DNA of 64,000 bases, taken from the human T2T-CHM13v2.0 reference genome, Homo sapiens. A program made the translations under genes and the position numbers. The stretch lies in NCBI RefSeq assembly GCF_009914755.1, contig NC_060930.1; one strand, written 5' to 3'. Of this stretch, positions 57,480-64,000 are shown piece after piece (positions within the stretch are counted from its first letter, which is position 1; each line of letters starts with the position of its first letter). The notes beneath the pieces are model-generated. The model searched no databases, was not told the origin of the DNA, and saw nothing but the letters and a program-made list of their open reading frames with translations.

Positions 57480-58800
57480 CTGCTGCCTGTCTGCCCAGGT
57501 TCTCATCCATAACACTCTGCTTACCCCTTCTGTCTGGGGCATTTTATCGATGCCATCTGCTGCTCATACACTGGTGACTCCTGAATTTCTGTCTCTAGTT
57601 CAGACTTCCGTTCTGAGCTTCAGATCTGTGTATTCAGTTTCTACTGCACATCTTCACCTCAGTGTTCCACAGTCACTTCAAACTCAGCATTTCCACACCT
57701 AAGGCTGCTACATGCACCCAGCAAATATATGCCTCCTAGTGCATTTCCTATTTTGGTGAATATATCACCATCCATTTAGTTACCTAAGCCAGACACTGGG
57801 GAAATTCTAAGTGTCTTCCTTCTTTCTAGTTCCCCACATCCAGTGAAGTTGTATAATTATATCTAATCTGGCCCCTCCTTTCCATTCTTACTGCCCTGAT
57901 ACTTAAGATCTTTCATTTTTCTCTGCCTGCAGAGTTTTATTTCTTTTCTTAGCAGTCACCACTCCTTTAGTCTTACCCTCCCTCCAATCCATTCCCTATC
58001 TTGTTGCCAGTGTGATGATTTTAACATGCATATTTCTTAGCAGGACATACAAAATACTTTTTTTTTTTTTTGAGATGGAGTCTCGCTCTATCGCCCAGGC
58101 TGGAGTGCAGTGGTGCGATCTTGGCTCACTGCAGCCTCTGCTTCCTGGGTTCAAGTGATTCTCCTGCCTCAGCCTCCTGAGTAGCTGGGACTACAGCCGC
58201 ATACCACCATGCCCTGCTAATTTTTGTATTTTTAGTAGAGATGGAATTTCACTGTGTTGGTCAGGCTGGTCTCAAACTCCTGACCTTGTGATCCACCTGC
58301 CTCGGCCTCCCTAAGTGCTGGGATTACAGGCATGAGCCACTGCGCCTGGCTACCAAAGACTTTGAGAACTACTTAGGTAGCTACCTGACCTCATCTGCTT
58401 TTATTTTTATTTTATTTATTTTATCTATTTTTTAGTTTTTACTCTACAGACCTAGGAACTTGAGCTTTTTAAAATTTTTATTAAAACTAATGTTGAGTTA
58501 CTGGTTGTTTCTCTTAAGCCCCCTGTTGTTTTTTCTTCTCTCTTCCTTTGCACTTGCTATCTGGGTCTCTCTACCCTGTCTGATTACCTGGTAGACTCCT
58601 ATTTCTTCTTCAGAAGATTCCCCTGTGAAACTCTTCCGGACCCTCCAAGCAGACTCAGGCAGTTCTTTATCACTATTCACGCTGCACCTTTTAAATCTTG
58701 AAAGTTGTACTGTAATCCATAACTCCCACCAGAAAGTTGTCAAAGGCAGCAGATCTTTAAGCTGTTCCACAGAATGGATCCCTAGGACCTAATATTGTAT
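57480..58800. mobile_element. L2 remnant interrupted by an Alu
   Basis: GATGCCATCTGC..GACTCCTGAATTTCTGTCTCTAG..CACTTCAAACTCAGCAT..CACCATCCATTTAGTTACCTAAGCCAG; boundaries approximate. Confidence 0.6.
58058..58350 (-). mobile_element. AluS element
   Basis: Antisense dimer; imperfect TSD TACAAAATACTTT/TACCAAAGACTTT. Confidence 0.93.
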
Positions 58801-60036
58801 CAGGCAGTATTTATGAAGTGCGTGCTGTTGAGTGAATTTACCCTTTGCTCTCACTTAGACAGTGTCCTACTGTCTCAGGAAGGGGATTTCCCTCTCTCAC
58901 ATTAATTATTTAGGTTGGTCTGATTTTATTTTCCTTAAAAAATAGGTTAAAATGGGGAGAAACTAACTCTTAACTTGAAAAAGTCCAGTGCTCTTAGAGG
59001 GTACCTGCAAATTTATGTTTCCTGTCATGGCAGGAGGCTGAGCTAACTAATGGCTAAGTAACTCTTTTAGCTTTATTGTCAGCAGCTGCTGTGAATTTTT
59101 ACAATAGTTTTAGGGCAGTGAAGTTACACTTTATTAATTTCAGGTTGAGGATGTTGATCAAGATGAAAAATTAAATCGCTGATACTTTCTAATGAGAGTA
59201 AGTGAGCTTCTGTTTTCAGAAGTGAAGAATAAAGGAAAGGGTGAAGAGAAATATATTAAAATACATTTTTCTTGCATATTTAAAAAGTAACATATACTTA
59301 AAAAATTATCTGCCCTTTTGAATATAGGGCAGGAATTTTTAGCTATACAGAAGCATAACTGTCTGCTTAGGATTTTTAAAGGATAATTTGTATTTAAAAT
59401 AACTAAAAGATTATGTTGATATAGTTCAATATAACAATCAAGTCACACTGCATTAAATGACATAGCAAAGAAAACCCTTGTGCCAGATCAGTTCGCTTTC
59501 TGGGGAGTGCTGAATGTTGAGTGGGAAAGGATCAAGTCAGCAGGTGGCAGCCTACCCTTTGAAATGAGAACATCCCTGTTGGCATTGTGCCAGCACTTGA
59601 ACTGCTGCAAAGCATTTTATATTCCATCAGAAGGCGGAATTTGAAGGATTGTGGGTTACTGACATACGTTGTAAAGCTGAATACTACTTGATATGACAAA
59701 GAAGGAATTGCATAATTAGAGGCAATGCTATAAGAAAAGGAAGAGAGGCATAGAGCATTTTGTATTCCAGACGATCCAGATGAGTGTGGATTTAGTACCA
59801 CTAAACTGCTTCTCTTCCTTGTCCTTTGATAGAACAAAATAGTATGAGTGCTTTGAAAATTAGAAGAAAGAAAATAGTATGTCCTCATCAACATTGCATT
59901 CCAAATGGCAGCTTTAACCACTGTACGTAATGAGATGTATTGATTAGGAGCAACAGCTGGACCTCTGGGGAAGCAGGGAGTGGGAGAGGGCAGTTAAAGG
60001 TAGTTGATTTGTAGGGTATGTGTGATTTTATGTTGA

Positions 60037-60353
<317 letters not shown>

Positions 60354-61125
60354 TCACACATGCTTTCATTCATATAAGTAATGAGACAGATTCCTCATGG
60401 CATATAAAAAATCCATTCGTATTGTCATTCTCTGAGAGAGAGAGAAAGAGAAAGAGTGTATGTGTGTGTGTGTGTTATTAAAATAAGATTTTGGTGTGTC
60501 AGGTTTAAGGTATGTTTGTAACATTATTCTATACTGATATAACTTGCCTGGTTGTGGTTCTTAGTGTATATTTGGCCCACTTATTGGAGGAAATTTAGGT
60601 GAGGAAAGGAATAGCTGAGGACCTCCTGAATTAGTCTACAGGCCTAAACATGTGCCTTTTCATGGGACTTGATGTTTTTCCATTACTGTATCCATTCCTT
60701 TACACCACAGGTGTGGCCTGTCATAGCAGCTTGGGAAAACTAATATAACCACTTACTTGTTTTCTTATGTAAACATCACTGAAATTGTATAACCAGATAC
60801 TTTAATACACTGAAGTCAGGTTGGAAAACTAGGACAGGCATGCGGTGAAGGCAAGTTTTTGTCTATAATATATCAATATTTGGGAGTTGACTTTGGGCCT
60901 CAGTATCCTCATCAGTAAATTGAAGGGAAAGGACTAGGTGGTCCTCTGGGATTCTTCCAGAGCATACATTTAGGTAAGCTTTATGGTTTTATTTGTTTTT
61001 AAAAAGAGGAACACAGTTTTTTCATGCTTTGATTCCCTTTACATTTAGAGGTTTTTTTGAATATAGTTGTTATAGCATTTTGGAACCATGGGGTACCTTA
61101 GGCATTTAATTTAATTTTTTCTTAA

Positions 61126-61481
<356 letters not shown>

Positions 61482-62031
61482 TAAATTTAGGGGTGTTAGC
61501 AAAATCTTTGCTCTCTTATATATTTTTTGTGAATTATGAAATTAATGTCTTTAACAGAGAAAGTGATCTTCCATTATATGTTCTTGTTGCAAAGAACGGG
61601 TTATTTGGGTGATACTCATACTCTTGGATTTAGTGTCAGGGTTCCATTGTAGAATGGCAATCTGTGAGATGGGGGTTTGGTTTCTGGGTTGTTGAAACTA
61701 ATTTTATGGAAGAAAAAAACAGGATAAAATTCAGGAAAATTCCTTAGGGAAATTGAATATGTAGAGGATTTATTTCCCCTATTGAAGTATACATATTTAT
61801 GACATACAAGCAGATTGAATACCAGATATAGATTGTGAGATGTCTAACAGGAATTTGGAGTGAAAACAGGTATTAATAAGTTGGTGTAAATCTGGTTTCC
61901 TAATATATTTATTAAAAATATTTTTAAAGGATTGTTAGTAGCTTTAAATTGCTCTTGATATTACAAAGTTCTTTTGTTTTCCAAAGGTGCACATGTTGGC
62001 AGAACTAGATGAACATGTTTAATATGCCTTT

Positions 62032-63497
62032 TTTTCCCCACAGTGCTTTTTTCACAAACATTAATTTATTTCTAAAAATTATGGTCAAATATATATAACA
62101 TTTACTGTTTTAACCATTTTTACAGTTCAGTGTTATTAAGTACATTCACGTTGTGGTGCAATTATTACCACCATCCATCACCAGAACTTTTTTCATCTTA
62201 CAAAACTGAAACACTATAACCATCTAACAATAACTCCCCATTTTCTCTCCAACAGTCCCTGGCAAGAACCCATTCTACTTTCTATCTCTATGAATTTGAC
62301 TGTTCCTTATGTGAGTGGAATCATTTAGTATTTGTCCTTTTGTGACTGCCTTATTCATTTATAATAATGTCCTCAAGGTTTATTGATGTTTCAGCATGTG
62401 TCAAAGTTTCCTCCCTTTTTAAGGCTGCATAATATTGTGTTGTATGCATATACTACATTTTGTTTATCCATTCATTTGTTGATGGATGTTTGGGTTGCTT
62501 CTGCCTTTTGCCTATTGTGTCCTAAGACTGCTATAAATACTGATGTGCAAATATTTGGTAGTGTCACTGCTTTTTTAATTCAGAAGAACAAAGTTGGAGG
62601 ACTCACAGTTCTTTTTTTCAAAACTTACTGCAAAGCTGTAGTTATCAAAACGGTGTGACAGTGGCAAAAAGACAAACATTGATGAATGGAATAGAATAGA
62701 GAACCCAGAAATAAACCCTTGAATATCTAGTCATTAATTTTTGACAATGATGCCAATACCATTCAACAGGGGAAAGGACAGTCTTTTCAACAAATGATGC
62801 TGGGAAAACTGGATATTCACATGCAAAAGAATGAATTTGGACCTTTATTTAACACCATATACAAAAATGAACTCAAAATAGATCACAGACTTAAATGTAA
62901 AACTATAAAACTCTTAGAAGAAAATGTAGGGGAAAAGCTTCGTGAAATTGGATTTGATAATGACTTTTTAAATATGGCTCTAAAGGTATAGGCAACAATA
63001 AAAATAGATAAATTGGACTGCATCGAAATTAAAAATATGTACTTTGAAGGACACTATTAACAGGGAAAAAAGGCAGTTCACAGAATGGGAGAAAATACTT
63101 GCAAATCATGTATCAGATAAGAGATTAATATCCAGAATATATGGAGAACTTCTAAAACTCTACAAAAAAAACCCCAATCAATTAAAAAAATAAGCAAAGG
63201 ACTTGCATAGACATTTCTCCCAAATTGATAATTTATATATAAATTACCAGTATATAAATTACCAGTGAAAAGATGCTCAACATCATCAATTATTAGGAAA
63301 TGCAAGTCAGTATCCCAGTGGAATACCACTTCGTACTCATTAGGATGGCTGTTATCAAGAAAACAGGAAATAACAAGTGTTGCTGAGGATGAAATTGGAA
63401 TCATTGTGCATTGTTGGTGGGAATGTAAAGCGACACAGCCACAGTGGAAAACAGTACGGTAGTTCCTCAAAAAATTAGAATTTCCATATGATGCAGC
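62032..63497 (-). mobile_element. L1MA/MB insertion with 5' inversion (3' end on - strand ~62060-62580; ORF2 piece on + strand ~62581-63497)
   Basis: + strand ORF2 peptides (KNKVGGLT..FKTYCKAVVIKTV; KLLEENVGEKL) abut an antisense L1M 3'UTR; AATATGCCTTT at 62021-31 and 63498-508. Confidence 0.8.
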
Positions 63498-63787
63498 AAT
63501 ATGCCTTTCTTTTTATCTCATTTAAAAAATCCAGCTGAATGAGTTAGCATAGAAAATGGAATGGAAATATTGATGCATGCTTCATTTACTTTAGTTTTTC
63601 TTATTTATTACTTTGATGACCTTTTGTGATTTTTCCAAATAAGGATTTTAGACACTACTAAAATTAGAATGGGTACAAACGGTCACTGTATTTTACTTTC
63701 TCTAATTTATAACACTGACCTCTCAGAACTTTAGTTCTATATGACGTGGATATAGACTAGATAAGAATTTCTCAGCCTGTCAGCACT

Positions 63788-63917
63788 ATTTATTTATTTC
63801 TCTATTTATTTGTTTAAGAGTCAGGGTCTTGCTCTATTTCCTATACTGGAGTGTGGTGGTACAATCATACTTCACTGCAGCCTTGAACTCTTGGGCTCAA
63901 GCAGTCCTTCCGCCTCT
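63788..63917 (-). mobile_element. AluJ/FRAM right-arm fragment
   Basis: CAGGGTCTTGCTCT..CACTGCAGCCTTGAACTCTTGGGCTCAAGCAGTCC. Confidence 0.8.
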
Positions 63918-64000
63918 CACAGTATTCTCACTGTTGGCTTGTTGACCAGTGGCTTAACAAATACCATTTAAGAAAATAAGATATTTAATATATTTTGTAG

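Overview
Human genomic DNA (Alu/L1-rich, with a human-specific AluYa5). It contains the 5' part of BCKDHB (branched-chain alpha-ketoacid dehydrogenase E1 beta, the MSUD type Ib gene; 6q14.1 from prior knowledge) on the + strand: a TATA-less CpG-island promoter (~32.8-33.4 kb), exon 1 (ATG 33101-33296), exon 2 (53958-54035) and exon 3 (55572-55640). The gene continues past the window end. Upstream are a decayed processed AK4 pseudogene (- strand, ~2.8-5.0 kb) and old repeats. Intron 1 holds an antisense MER51-type ERV1 remnant (5' LTR, Arg PBS, RT LPQG/YMDD motifs), a MER9 solo LTR and a nested stack (Tigger1 > L1PA > MER11, plus two Alus). Most ORFs in the track are repeat or microsatellite artefacts. 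I found no evidence of a new multi-gene system. The least-explained features are local templated duplications (an exact 56-bp copy from 800 bp away, a direct-plus-inverted copy inside a TA microsatellite, and a ~90-bp repeat bracketing exons 2-3) and a twin-primed old L1 with a recognisable TSD. Repeat family names come from recalled consensus sequences, not from a database search.
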